From: a virus
Reading direction: 5' to 3' (one strand)
Virus record (IMG/VR): IMGVR_UViG_3300028029_000001
Span: 1-64,000 of that record
DNA: 64,000 nucleotides
Made by a program: the position numbers and the translations under genes. Position 1 is the first letter of the stretch. Every line of letters begins with the position of its first letter. Positions 9,385 to 18,804 of this stretch are shown here, piece after piece. The notes under the pieces are model-generated. The model made no database searches, was not told the origin of the DNA, and was given only the letters and a program-made list of their open reading frames with translations.

Positions 9385-10914
9385 TTAAGCTTCTCTACCA
9401 ATGTTGATATATCTTACAACTTTATCAGGTGCAAACATAAATGGTGTACCATAAAGTAATACCATAAATCTATCTGCTGGAGATAATTTAGCTAAATCCA
9501 TTTTCATTAATGGAGCTAATTGTTTGAATTGGATTACATCCATAGACGAATCTAATAACATACCTTCTTCAGTAGCTGGTAAAAATCTGTTTCTATCTCT
9601 TACAAAAGCAGGTGCAGATCCATCAACACCATTTGCTAAAGATCCTCTTTTTGCATCCGACCCTGTAGCTGGTACAGTGAAGATTGGGTAGAAAGTTGTT
9701 TGTGCAGATGTTCCTGCAGGGTTAACTTTAGATCTGTAAATAACATAAGATGTAGGAGCGTAAGGTCCAGCTGTTGCAGTAAATTCTAAATCAATAGACT
9801 CTGTAGCTGCAGCTATTACTAAAGTACCACCTAATTGAGTTAATGCAGATTCTCCATATCTATTTACTGATGCTACAGCATAATAATAAGAACCTAAACC
9901 ATCACTAAATCTTGATAATCCATCTGCAGCAACTACTACTGCTGGTGCACCACCTACTGTAGGTGCAATAGGAGCTTTTGGTGAATTTGCTGGAGAAACT
10001 AATGTTTTTCCTGCTCCACCCGGTTTTGCAGCGTAAATGTCAAAATCAAAATCTATAACACCGTACATAGATTGGAACTTTGAGATAAATTGCCCCATTG
10101 TTGCATTTTGTACAGCACCACTTTGTCCTACATTAACTCTTTTACGAGCATAAAAACCAGTAGCAAAATCAGATAATACAACAGGTGCAGAAATAAACAA
10201 ATCAGGTTGTCCAAAATTTCTGATAATTGTTTGCGCTCCGTTTTCAATGTTTTCTTCTTTTAAGATTTTACCTCTTAAATCAACTACTACAGGAGATGCA
10301 TAATAATCTTCTAATGAAGAATATCTATCATTATTCATATGTTGAGCATACAAACCATTCCACTCTTGGTTAATAGTTGCAGAATCTCCCCAGAATAAAG
10401 CTCTATCAGCTTTTCTTAAAATCCACATGATTCCATTTTGTACTTCTTTTTGAAATACATTACCTACATTAGATTTAACTAATTGCATTTGATGCGTTAC
10501 AGATCTAGTTACACCTAAGTATTTAACTAACTCCGAACGTCTTTGGTAAACTGAATCTTCTTCTTCTGGTAATTCTCCTTCATTATTGAATCCACCTCTA
10601 TCAGTTCCATAAGAAACTAATTGGTTATATTCCTCAACAGTGTTGAATGCTGCTGATTTAGGGAATCTTTTCCAAAATCTAATATCAGACTCTTTAAAAG
10701 TTAAAACTTTTAAATTTCTTTCTAATGATTCTACTTTTAATGCTCCACCAGTAGATTGTGATGCGGATTGATCTGAACCTAATAAAGATCCAGCTTCAAG
10801 AGCTTTGCTTAAATCTGCTAATTGTGATGAGCTTAAATTTGCAGCACTTTGTGCTCCTGAATCAAAACCTGCACCAAAAGCATAATCATTAAGACTAATT
10901 CCTAAGTTGTCCAT
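9385..10914 (-). CDS. major capsid protein (HK97-fold type, with inserted domain)
   Basis: 509 aa, directly after the protease-scaffold gene. Has the N-terminal delta-like region ...GGALKVESLERNLKVLTF.... Strong terminator downstream. Confidence 0.7.
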   Translation of the reverse strand: MDNLGISLNDYAFGAGFDSGAQSAANLSSSQLADLSKALEAGSLLGSDQSASQSTGGALKVESLERNLKVLTFKESDIRFWKRFPKSAAFNTVEEYNQLVSYGTDRGGFNNEGELPEEEDSVYQRRSELVKYLGVTRSVTHQMQLVKSNVGNVFQKEVQNGIMWILRKADRALFWGDSATINQEWNGLYAQHMNNDRYSSLEDYYASPVVVDLRGKILKEENIENGAQTIIRNFGQPDLFISAPVVLSDFATGFYARKRVNVGQSGAVQNATMGQFISKFQSMYGVIDFDFDIYAAKPGGAGKTLVSPANSPKAPIAPTVGGAPAVVVAADGLSRFSDGLGSYYYAVASVNRYGESALTQLGGTLVIAAATESIDLEFTATAGPYAPTSYVIYRSKVNPAGTSAQTTFYPIFTVPATGSDAKRGSLANGVDGSAPAFVRDRNRFLPATEEGMLLDSSMDVIQFKQLAPLMKMDLAKLSPADRFMVLLYGTPFMFAPDKVVRYINIGREA

Positions 10915-10976
10915 TTTATTTTATTTTTTGTTAAACAATGTTTTCACCATTCTTTTAATTACAGTCTTTAATTTTT

Positions 10977-12626
10977 TTACTTTATTAAAGTAATATTTTT
11001 TGCAGATAATGTTTCTTGAATTAATTTAGATACATCTCCTGTAGTTTCATATAAACAAATATCATTAGCTAATGTAGGGTTGTTAATTTCGCCTTTTGAA
11101 ATCCCTGCTGCATCATCTAAAATGTTTAATACTTGAGCTTTATGTAATGAAGCAGACATTCTTTGATTATCTCCCTCTTTATGTTCACCACCTTTGTTTA
11201 AATCATTATCATAAGATTTTTCAATAAATCTCTGAGTTCTTATTGATTTAGCTGGTTGAGGTTTGTTTTCAAACTCATCTAATCTATCAATAGCATCATT
11301 TAATTGATCTTCTAACCCTTTATTTAATAAACCTAATGCTGTAAATTTTTCACCCATTTTATTTTCATAAGCTTCAAATTGACCTTTCATTAAATCAGCA
11401 AACCCTTTGATTAATTCTGAATCTGCATTTGGTAATTCAATACCATTATCAACTTCTCCTTTTTCAATAGTTTTTTTAGCAGGTTTTTCACCTTCTTTTT
11501 TTTCAGGAGCTTCTTCTGATTCTTCTTCCACCATTTCCCCTTTTTTGAAGTTATATTTTTTACCTTCAGAAGAATATGATCCATCATCTCCCATATCATA
11601 TTTTTTGCCTTTTAACATAAAATAAGAAGATTCTTTTTCTTTATCATCATCTTTTTTCTTAGGCTTCTCAGGTTTTTCGCTTTTTTCACCTTTTTCAATT
11701 TTTTCGGGATCTTCTGAAGCATCTTTATTAGCCGCAAGTTCACCTTCTTCTTTTTTCTCAGGAGAAGATTCTCCTTTTTCTAATGTTAAGCCTAATGTTG
11801 CATAAGCTTTTTCAATAGACTCTTGACTTATGTCAATAGCTTCAGTTGATTTTTCCATTTTTTCTTTTTTTTCTATTGTTTCTATTATGTTGAAAATTTG
11901 ATTTATTTGATTTCCTGTATTATTTGGAAATTTTTGCATTAATTGATTTAGTACCTCTCCCTTTTTCATCTTTTTCTTTTTTAATAAATCTTTAATGTCT
12001 CCATCTAAAGATTCTTTTGAAATAGCTGTTCCACTTTCAGAGCCTGCTGTTAAAGCTTTTTTTCGTTCTTCTTCTGTTGATTCTTCATAAGCACTATACA
12101 TACCTTTTATAAGGTCTAAATCACCTTCATCATATCCTTTAACTATATTAGCTATAGAATCTTGATTTTTAGGATTAGGAGTTATTGCGCATCCTGTAAT
12201 TTTTGCTTTTAGAACTTTTTTTGGATCTTTTTTATCTCTTTCAATTACTTTACCTTCTATTGAAAAACCTAAATTTAATCCTTGAGTTTTTAAAACTTCT
12301 GCCAATTTATAAACGTCTTTCGCTAAAGGGTTATGATTGAAAAGTTCGCATTCAAGAATCATTTGTCCTTTACTTATTTTAGCAGAAGTTGGTTTTCCTA
12401 TAATAGCTAAGGGGTTTTTATTTGATTGGTGATTCCAATTCATGTAACCAAAGTTCAAAAAATAATCTAATTCAAACCCTTTAGGGTCTAAAAATTCATC
12501 ATCAGCATCTTTTGATGATGTTGATGCTATCCCACTCATTTTCATTAAAGTATTCCCTTTAGAATCCTTACCTTTAATAAAATTAATGGGTGCAAATAAA
12601 TTAAAATTATCTTCTTGAATTTCCAT
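10977..12626 (-). CDS. prohead protease - scaffold fusion protein
   Basis: 549 aa. The N-terminal ~170 aa look like a prohead protease (...SGIASTSSKDADDEFLDPKGFELDYF...NWNHQ). The remainder is highly charged E/K-rich, scaffold-like. Sits upstream of the MCP. Confidence 0.55.
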   Translation of the reverse strand: MEIQEDNFNLFAPINFIKGKDSKGNTLMKMSGIASTSSKDADDEFLDPKGFELDYFLNFGYMNWNHQSNKNPLAIIGKPTSAKISKGQMILECELFNHNPLAKDVYKLAEVLKTQGLNLGFSIEGKVIERDKKDPKKVLKAKITGCAITPNPKNQDSIANIVKGYDEGDLDLIKGMYSAYEESTEEERKKALTAGSESGTAISKESLDGDIKDLLKKKKMKKGEVLNQLMQKFPNNTGNQINQIFNIIETIEKKEKMEKSTEAIDISQESIEKAYATLGLTLEKGESSPEKKEEGELAANKDASEDPEKIEKGEKSEKPEKPKKKDDDKEKESSYFMLKGKKYDMGDDGSYSSEGKKYNFKKGEMVEEESEEAPEKKEGEKPAKKTIEKGEVDNGIELPNADSELIKGFADLMKGQFEAYENKMGEKFTALGLLNKGLEDQLNDAIDRLDEFENKPQPAKSIRTQRFIEKSYDNDLNKGGEHKEGDNQRMSASLHKAQVLNILDDAAGISKGEINNPTLANDICLYETTGDVSKLIQETLSAKNITLIK

Positions 12627-12710
12627 AAAAACTAACTTTTAGTCAGTTTCCATTCCTTTGATTACGATCTTGTTGTCCTAAATATAATAAAAATTTAGAA
12701 TTTAATTACT

Positions 12711-13019
12711 TTATGCTGCAACTAATTCAACTTCTGCATTTGATTCTTGTGCATCAATTAAATATAGTCCAATACCTGCTAATGATTGTGCTACTGCTTT
12801 TAATCCTACTAAACTGTATTCAATTTCATTAACATTGATTCCTAATTTAATAGCTTCATCAGTGTCTTTGATTTCCATTGCTGTAAATTTTGTATCAAAT
12901 CCTGGAACTAACATTTCATCATTAGTTGCAAAAATATCTACTTTTACTTCTACTCTTAGTGAATTATCTGCTTTTTTAAAAATTAAAGTTTTCATCTTTT
13001 TCTTATAAATAATAACCAA
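12711..13019 (-). CDS. hypothetical protein
   Basis: 102-aa ORF (probable start at MKTLIFKK) upstream of the protease gene. Confidence 0.5.
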   Translation of the reverse strand: MVIIYKKKMKTLIFKKADNSLRVEVKVDIFATNDEMLVPGFDTKFTAMEIKDTDEAIKLGINVNEIEYSLVGLKAVAQSLAGIGLYLIDAQESNAEVELVAA

Positions 13020-13060
13020 TCTTCCTTAACAGGATACTTCTTATGCCTTAAATATAAGAA

Positions 13061-13366
13061 TTATTCTTCTAATAAGGTTTCTAATTTTAATATTTTAATT
13101 TCTTGTAAAGTATTTTTGTTTAAAGATATTTTTAATTTCTCTTTTAATCTTAAAATTTCATATTCATATTCGGAATTATTTTTCTCAACAAAAGAGGCTG
13201 CTTTGATTAAATTTTTCTTTGTTCTAATCAATTCTTTTTCTTTATCCATAAAAGAACTCTCTAATTGTTCTAATCTATCTTCTAAACTCTTTAAAACTTT
13301 CTTTAAATTGAATTTTCCTAAAATCCAATCCCAAACGATCTGTATTTTTTTCATATTTATTTCCAA
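13061..13366 (-). CDS. hypothetical coiled-coil protein
   Basis: 101 aa, heptad-like K/E/L-rich sequence. Confidence 0.5.
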   Translation of the reverse strand: MEINMKKIQIVWDWILGKFNLKKVLKSLEDRLEQLESSFMDKEKELIRTKKNLIKAASFVEKNNSEYEYEILRLKEKLKISLNKNTLQEIKILKLETLLEE

Positions 13367-14106
13367 AAACTTATTGTGTGTAATATTATATCTTTCAATG
13401 TTAATTCAATCCATCCTCCACTACCATTTGGTATAGCATAATATAAAGGTATTGTACCACTTGTCGCTCCAACTACTCCATCAAAACCAATAATCATTTT
13501 ATTTGCAAGTAGTGTTAATATATTTGCAGGTGTTCCATTAGTAGATGCATTTATAATAGCATCTTGAAAAGTATTGTTACCTGTTTGGATGAATTCTGTT
13601 ATGACTCCTAAATCAAAATAATACTCATGAAGTAATTTAACACTATCTTCAATAGAGGTATTTCTATTTTTAGCAACCATATTAAAAATAAGAGTGTTTC
13701 TTCTTTTCTTATAAGTAGTAGATTTTTCTACTAGGTATGATTTAATTTGAGTTAGATCATCTAAATCTCCATCCTCATCTAATCCATCAGGATCTCCAAC
13801 TACAATTCTTTTCTTTTCATTTATTTCTATATATGCAGTGTTTCCTCTAATAAATTCTTTTACTGACCCATCAGGATTTAAAGTATCCATAAACTCAATA
13901 GAGAATGCTAAACTTTCATCTTTAAAAGTCTTATTATCTTCTATTTGAGTATAAAATCTTCTTCCAACATATCTACCATAAACCCAGTCCTTATCTCTTT
14001 TGATTGCTAACCTAGACCAATCCATAGACATTACTTCATCTATTGATTTTGAAACTAAAAACCCTTTAATTTCTATTATTTTTGCTTGTAGTGGTAATTG
14101 TTCCAT
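13357..14106 (-). CDS. hypothetical structural-module protein
   Basis: 249-aa ORF. Confidence 0.55.
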   Translation of the reverse strand: MEQLPLQAKIIEIKGFLVSKSIDEVMSMDWSRLAIKRDKDWVYGRYVGRRFYTQIEDNKTFKDESLAFSIEFMDTLNPDGSVKEFIRGNTAYIEINEKKRIVVGDPDGLDEDGDLDDLTQIKSYLVEKSTTYKKRRNTLIFNMVAKNRNTSIEDSVKLLHEYYFDLGVITEFIQTGNNTFQDAIINASTNGTPANILTLLANKMIIGFDGVVGATSGTIPLYYAIPNGSGGWIELTLKDIILHTISFWK

Positions 14107-14109
14107 AAT

Positions 14110-14649
14110 TTATTCTACTAAGTTTGCTAAGATTCTATGTGTTCCTCCATTTAATGCTATAAATACAGGCATTATGTTTACTTCATTAGGGTTAATTGTT
14201 CCTGCAATTGCAAAAGTTTTAATTATTTGAGATTCATCATCCCAATCAATTTTATTTCCTGAATTAATTCTATATAAAGTAAATTGTCCACCTTTAGACC
14301 CGTCTCCTTCAAACTTAACTTTAAAGAATCCTGAACCTCCACTAATTGAAGCACTATTTGATTGGTTTCCTGAACTACCTATTGTTCCATTATTCCCATA
14401 TAAGCCCCAAACTGTATTTGCGTTTTGAAAATATGTTTCAACCTCCATTTGTGTATATTGTGAATTGTTAGATTCATTAGTAGCATCTGAACCAATACCA
14501 ATCATCATATAATTGGTTGGTCTATTAATAATCCAATAACAAGTTTTATTTTGACCTCTAGTCCATTTAGCCATCTCCCACTTCACCCAACTTCTCCACG
14601 GGGTTAATCCTGTAAACCAAATCCCTCCTACGTCTCTATTTAGAGTCAT
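14110..14649 (-). CDS. hypothetical Gly/Asn/Ser-rich beta-type protein; possibly C-terminal part of a fusion with 14663..15145
   Basis: 179-aa ORF. Its frame is open upstream exactly as far as the G6 run at 14705-14710. Confidence 0.55.
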   Translation of the reverse strand: MTLNRDVGGIWFTGLTPWRSWVKWEMAKWTRGQNKTCYWIINRPTNYMMIGIGSDATNESNNSQYTQMEVETYFQNANTVWGLYGNNGTIGSSGNQSNSASISGGSGFFKVKFEGDGSKGGQFTLYRINSGNKIDWDDESQIIKTFAIAGTINPNEVNIMPVFIALNGGTHRILANLVE

Positions 14650-14662
14650 TCCAATTCTATAT

Positions 14663-15145
14663 CTAAGATCTTTCCCTGCTTGATTCCCATGGGTAAATAA
14701 GTCTCCCCCCTAATCTAAAATCAGTCCACACCCTTATGTATACTTCTAACATATTACTATATATAGAAGTTTGTTCTCCATTTTTAATTTCAATGTCATA
14801 AAAACCTGCATTACCTAATGCTTCTATCTCAACATCTATTCTTTGAGAATTTATATATGTAACAGATAGTACTGTATTATCTATTCCAGAAACTTTAATA
14901 GTAGTATCTTGAGTAAAATAATCACCCGGAAGAGATATAATTTTTGTAGCCCCTTGAATTATTCTAAAAGGGTTTGATGTGTTTAATACTGCTCCTGGGA
15001 AAGGTAGTGTTTTGTTTTCATCAAGTAAATATTTTAAAGCCTCTTTTGTTATTTTATTATCTCTGCTAAGTTCTGTGTTTGAAAAACTTGGTATTTTTCT
15101 TATTACATCAACTAACATATCAAGATCTTTTTTACTCCACCCCAT
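14663..15145 (-). CDS. Ig-like (IPT/TIG-like) domain protein
   Basis: 160 aa. ...IISLPGDYFTQDTTIKVSGIDNTVLSVTYINSQRIDVEIEALGNAGFYDIEIKNGEQTS resembles IPT/TIG repeats. The tail after the G6 run looks non-native. Confidence 0.45.
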   Translation of the reverse strand: MGWSKKDLDMLVDVIRKIPSFSNTELSRDNKITKEALKYLLDENKTLPFPGAVLNTSNPFRIIQGATKIISLPGDYFTQDTTIKVSGIDNTVLSVTYINSQRIDVEIEALGNAGFYDIEIKNGEQTSIYSNMLEVYIRVWTDFRLGGRLIYPWESSRERS

Positions 15146-15189
15146 AATGTAATTTAGTTTTAGATTCTAAAAATAATACATTTTATCGT

Positions 15190-16149
15190 TTAAACAAAAG
15201 ATTCTTTACCATTTACTGTTATTTTTATTTTCTTTCTTTTTCTCTCTTTCTCTTTACTTGTTCTAATAAAAGAATTTCCAACCCATTCCCACTCTCCATT
15301 TACTAAACCTTTTTCTGTGAATCCAAAAGGTAATCTTTCTAAAGTACATCTACACCAAGGGTGGATTGGAGGAATAGTAGGTAACCACTCATTAACTTTT
15401 TTACCTACATTAGTTCCATTATCTTTTAATTCTGATAATTTAAAAATTTTAGGTATAGACCCAACCCCACCTGTTAAATAATGTTTAGTACAGTGTTTAC
15501 ATGCACCGGGATAGACGTCTTTATATACTAAAGGGTCTTTCCCTAGAGATCTTTTTTGAAAACCTGCAGCTCTACCTTCATCAAAAGCTGTATGCATTAC
15601 ATAATCCGATATTCTTCCTAAATCTTTATTCCAGTTTTGAGTCATGTGGCCTAATTCAGATGCCATATGAGAAACTCCTTTCCTATGTTCAATAGTTCTT
15701 CTTGCTATATCTGTTACTCTTTTAGAATGTTTAATCGTGTGATTTTTTTTATCAGCTATGACTAATTGATTTGATATATCACTTTTCATTTTTGATGAAA
15801 GCTTATTTATATCAGAATAAGTTTGGTATTTTAAAGATGTAAGAGCTCTATTTTCTAGAGGAGTTAATTCTATAAATTTACCTGTCTCTAAAAACTCTTT
15901 AAAACCTTCATAAGTCATGTTTTTAGCATTCTTATTACCTATTGCATCAGATAATAAACCAAATTTAAAAGCTTGCTGTATTTTGGATGTATTTGATACA
16001 ATTTTCGAAATATCAATACCTGAAGATTTTAATAACCCTATTTCTTGTTTTGTTAGGATATTTGTACCTACATGCTTTGCTACAAAAGTAAGGGTATACC
16101 TTTCGAGTATACCCATTAATTCATTTATTTGATTGGGGTTGAATATCAT
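15190..16149 (-). CDS. head morphogenesis protein, Mu F / SPP1 gp7 family
   Basis: 319 aa. C-terminal ...WLPTIPPIHPWCRCTL matches the family hallmark H-P-x-C-R-C. Confidence 0.75.
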   Translation of the reverse strand: MIFNPNQINELMGILERYTLTFVAKHVGTNILTKQEIGLLKSSGIDISKIVSNTSKIQQAFKFGLLSDAIGNKNAKNMTYEGFKEFLETGKFIELTPLENRALTSLKYQTYSDINKLSSKMKSDISNQLVIADKKNHTIKHSKRVTDIARRTIEHRKGVSHMASELGHMTQNWNKDLGRISDYVMHTAFDEGRAAGFQKRSLGKDPLVYKDVYPGACKHCTKHYLTGGVGSIPKIFKLSELKDNGTNVGKKVNEWLPTIPPIHPWCRCTLERLPFGFTEKGLVNGEWEWVGNSFIRTSKEKERKRKKIKITVNGKESFV

Positions 16150-16328
16150 TTATCTTTTACTATTTCGAATCTTGCTACTCCATCATATTCACTATCTTGA
16201 TAACCTCTATCATCATAAGATGCATCAGCTTCTTTAATTGAAGAATAAGTCATTTCGCCTCCATCATAATTTTCAGGTTTTCCAGTTTTAAATTTATACC
16301 CTTTTGGTAATGATGGTTTTGAAGACAT
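16146..16328 (-). CDS. hypothetical small protein or C-terminal extension of 16250..16645
   Basis: 60-aa ORF overlapping the upstream ORF by 79 nt. Its frame opens right at the A5 run (16332-16336). Confidence 0.4.
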   Translation of the reverse strand: MSSKPSLPKGYKFKTGKPENYDGGEMTYSSIKEADASYDDRGYQDSEYDGVARFEIVKDK

Positions 16329-16645
16329 TGCTTTTTCTCAGCATCACTAGGTAATCCTCTTTTTCCTCCAGCAACTACATTTACGTAAGTTTTCCCTTTA
16401 TTTTGTTCTATATTATAATCTATAGAGAATTTTGCTCCTTGAGGCCAATGAGATTTACTCTCTACATGGTTACTAAGTTCTTGAATATCTTCTTTGCTTA
16501 TTTTAGCAGACTGGTTCTTTTCATAGATTTCTTTTTCTTTCTTTAACTTATCTTTCAAGCTTGAAGTAGGGTCTAATTTCTTTTTTAAAGATGCTCCTGA
16601 TTTATCTTTAAGTTCTTTTATTTTTTTACCCATTGATAAAGCCAC
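16250..16645 (-). CDS. hypothetical Lys-rich protein
   Basis: 131-aa ORF between the 652-aa protein and the MuF-like gene. Confidence 0.55.
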   Translation of the reverse strand: MALSMGKKIKELKDKSGASLKKKLDPTSSLKDKLKKEKEIYEKNQSAKISKEDIQELSNHVESKSHWPQGAKFSIDYNIEQNKGKTYVNVVAGGKRGLPSDAEKKQCLQNHHYQKGINLKLENLKIMMEAK

Positions 16646-16673
16646 TTCTTTAGATACTACATGGTATTTACCC

Positions 16674-18632
16674 TCATTGTCTAATAGATACTTTTCCTTC
16701 TCTTATAGCTACTTTATCTGCTTGTTTCTTTTGAGATGAAGAATAAGAACCTTCAGGTATTTTAGATTTTGATTTTTTTGGAGAATATGTAGATTTAGCA
16801 TTATTATAAATACTTTCTATCTTAGCTATAGTATTATCATAAGAGTCATTTTCCTCTAAAGATTCTTCATTTTCTTCTAAGAAACCTTCTAAATTTATTG
16901 ACGCATCAAAATTATCTTCATCTTTTAATGCGCTAGATAAACTACCTGAAGATGATTTTGGTAAATTATTTCCTTCTTGATCATCTAACCAATCACTAAA
17001 CATTTCATTTGTATTCCCATTAGAATCTTTAGTCGCATCCACCGCCACTTTTTTAAATTCTTTATATGAAATATTTCCTGCTAAAAAATCTTCATGTGCA
17101 GCTATTGCTGTTTTTGTTGCTACAGCACTTCTTTTTGCGCGATCTTCTAAGTCTTTAATCTTAATATCTAATTCTTTTTTAGAATTATCTAATTTTCCAT
17201 TTTCTTTTTCTTCTTCAAAATATTGTTCTGCATCATCTAACCCGTTTTGCATCCATGATGAAGAGTCTTGAGAAGGGTCTAGGCCTACATCTGTAAGTTT
17301 TTGTAAAAGGTCTTGGTAATCTCCTACTTTACCATCATACACAGAATCAAAAACCTCTTGCCCCACACTTCTTAATTGATCTAAAGAAGGTTTAGTAGTG
17401 TCGTTTGATTCATCACCTTTTAACTTTGCATTCTTAGGGAATTTAGCTTTATTTTTATTTAAAAAAGTTTTAGCTTCACCTAAATCGTAAAACAATTTAC
17501 CATCATTTTTTAAATCAATAAACGTTCGTCTACCTAAGTTATTAAAGACTTCCACCTGAATGGGTGTTTTAGATGAGGCTTCTCTGTCTTTCTTAGAAAT
17601 TTTAGCCCCTTCATAAGCTCTATTCAATGCCCTTTTTCTATCCTCAGCATTATACATGCCTTTATCATTTAAGTTAAAAGCTGATTCTCCATTCACTTTT
17701 ACTATAGGATCACCGGCACCATTTTTTGTAATAGTAACTTTTGCGTCTTTTTTGTTAAGCAGCCCAGATAACATTAATACTGTTTCTGAAGATTTTGTAT
17801 TATATACTGGTTTTTTATCAGACTTACCATCTTTAGGGTTCTTCTCTACTTTTTTAGATTTTCCTTTTTTTACATATTTCCAAGTTCCATCAGATTGTTT
17901 TTGTTTCCCATGAGCATTAATATGCCCTACAGGTAATGCTTTTTCTAAATCATTAACGTCAATAACTCCTAGGGCAGTATATGCTATTGCTTTTTCAATA
18001 GTATATTCTTTATTGTCGATTGTAATGGATTTTTCTATTTCTCTTGCATCACCATATTTATAATTAATAAGATTTTCTTTTGGTGAAGCTTTTGGTATAT
18101 ATAAAAAGAAATATCCTTTATTAACCCCAACCCCTTGTACTAATTCAGCTTTAGATACTACAGCTTTAACTTTTTGGAAATCTGCGTCTCTATTTTCTTG
18201 ATTAGTTCTAACTCTATAAAAAGTAGAATTTCTCACTGGATCAATGAATCCAGGTTTTTCTCTACCTAAGATATCCATTGCTCTTACAACATTATTACCT
18301 TCAGGCTTAGTATTATTTCCGTATTTATGTTTTATAAAATTCTTTTTTGCTTCTTTTTTAGCAACAATTTTATCTGCTTCCTTTTGATGCTTTGGTGGTT
18401 TTCCTACTTCACCTTCGGGATGGGTTGTCTTTTTAGATTTAGGAGAATACGGTTTTTCAGATTTTTCCTGAGCTTTATTTTTCCCTCCATAAATAGGTTT
18501 TCCAGATTTAGTATATCCTGTAATTTTACCACCCCTTGATCCTGGACCAGTTTTCTTTCCTTTTTCTAATAAATCATCAGTGTTACTAAATTGGCTTAGA
18601 ATATGATTTGCTTTTCTATCTCCTAAATTCAT
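16674..18632 (-). CDS. large Lys-rich hypothetical protein (candidate internal/ejected virion protein)
   Basis: 652 aa, K/E/D/S-rich, no catalytic motif seen. Located between the ART and MuF genes. Confidence 0.6.
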   Translation of the reverse strand: MNLGDRKANHILSQFSNTDDLLEKGKKTGPGSRGGKITGYTKSGKPIYGGKNKAQEKSEKPYSPKSKKTTHPEGEVGKPPKHQKEADKIVAKKEAKKNFIKHKYGNNTKPEGNNVVRAMDILGREKPGFIDPVRNSTFYRVRTNQENRDADFQKVKAVVSKAELVQGVGVNKGYFFLYIPKASPKENLINYKYGDAREIEKSITIDNKEYTIEKAIAYTALGVIDVNDLEKALPVGHINAHGKQKQSDGTWKYVKKGKSKKVEKNPKDGKSDKKPVYNTKSSETVLMLSGLLNKKDAKVTITKNGAGDPIVKVNGESAFNLNDKGMYNAEDRKRALNRAYEGAKISKKDREASSKTPIQVEVFNNLGRRTFIDLKNDGKLFYDLGEAKTFLNKNKAKFPKNAKLKGDESNDTTKPSLDQLRSVGQEVFDSVYDGKVGDYQDLLQKLTDVGLDPSQDSSSWMQNGLDDAEQYFEEEKENGKLDNSKKELDIKIKDLEDRAKRSAVATKTAIAAHEDFLAGNISYKEFKKVAVDATKDSNGNTNEMFSDWLDDQEGNNLPKSSSGSLSSALKDEDNFDASINLEGFLEENEESLEENDSYDNTIAKIESIYNNAKSTYSPKKSKSKIPEGSYSSSQKKQADKVAIREGKVSIRQ

Positions 18633-18757
18633 GAGTTTTCTTTTTTATCAATTTTCTTGTCTTTCTTTTTAATGATGATTATATCATCTTGACTGTCCCA
18701 TGAAAATCTATCAGTAGAAACATTTTTCTTGTCTTTTTTTACTTCATCTTTTTTCAT
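18629..18757 (-). CDS. small hypothetical protein (42 aa)
   Basis: Hand-translated MKKDEVKKDKKNVSTDRFSWDSQDDIIIIKKKDKKIDKKENS. ATGA overlap with the downstream ATG. Below the ORF-track cutoff. Confidence 0.35.
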   Translation of the reverse strand: MKKDEVKKDKKNVSTDRFSWDSQDDIIIIKKKDKKIDKKENS

Positions 18758-18772
18758 GATAATATATTTTTG

Positions 18773-18804
18773 TAAATATACGATGTATATTTCTATTAAC
18801 CTAA
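18773..18804 (-). promoter_or_regulatory. repeated promoter/operator motif, copy overlapping the ART stop codon
   Basis: taaatatacgatgtatatttctattaacctaa. TTAGGTTAA also encodes the ...LG-stop of 18796..20019. Confidence 0.55.
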
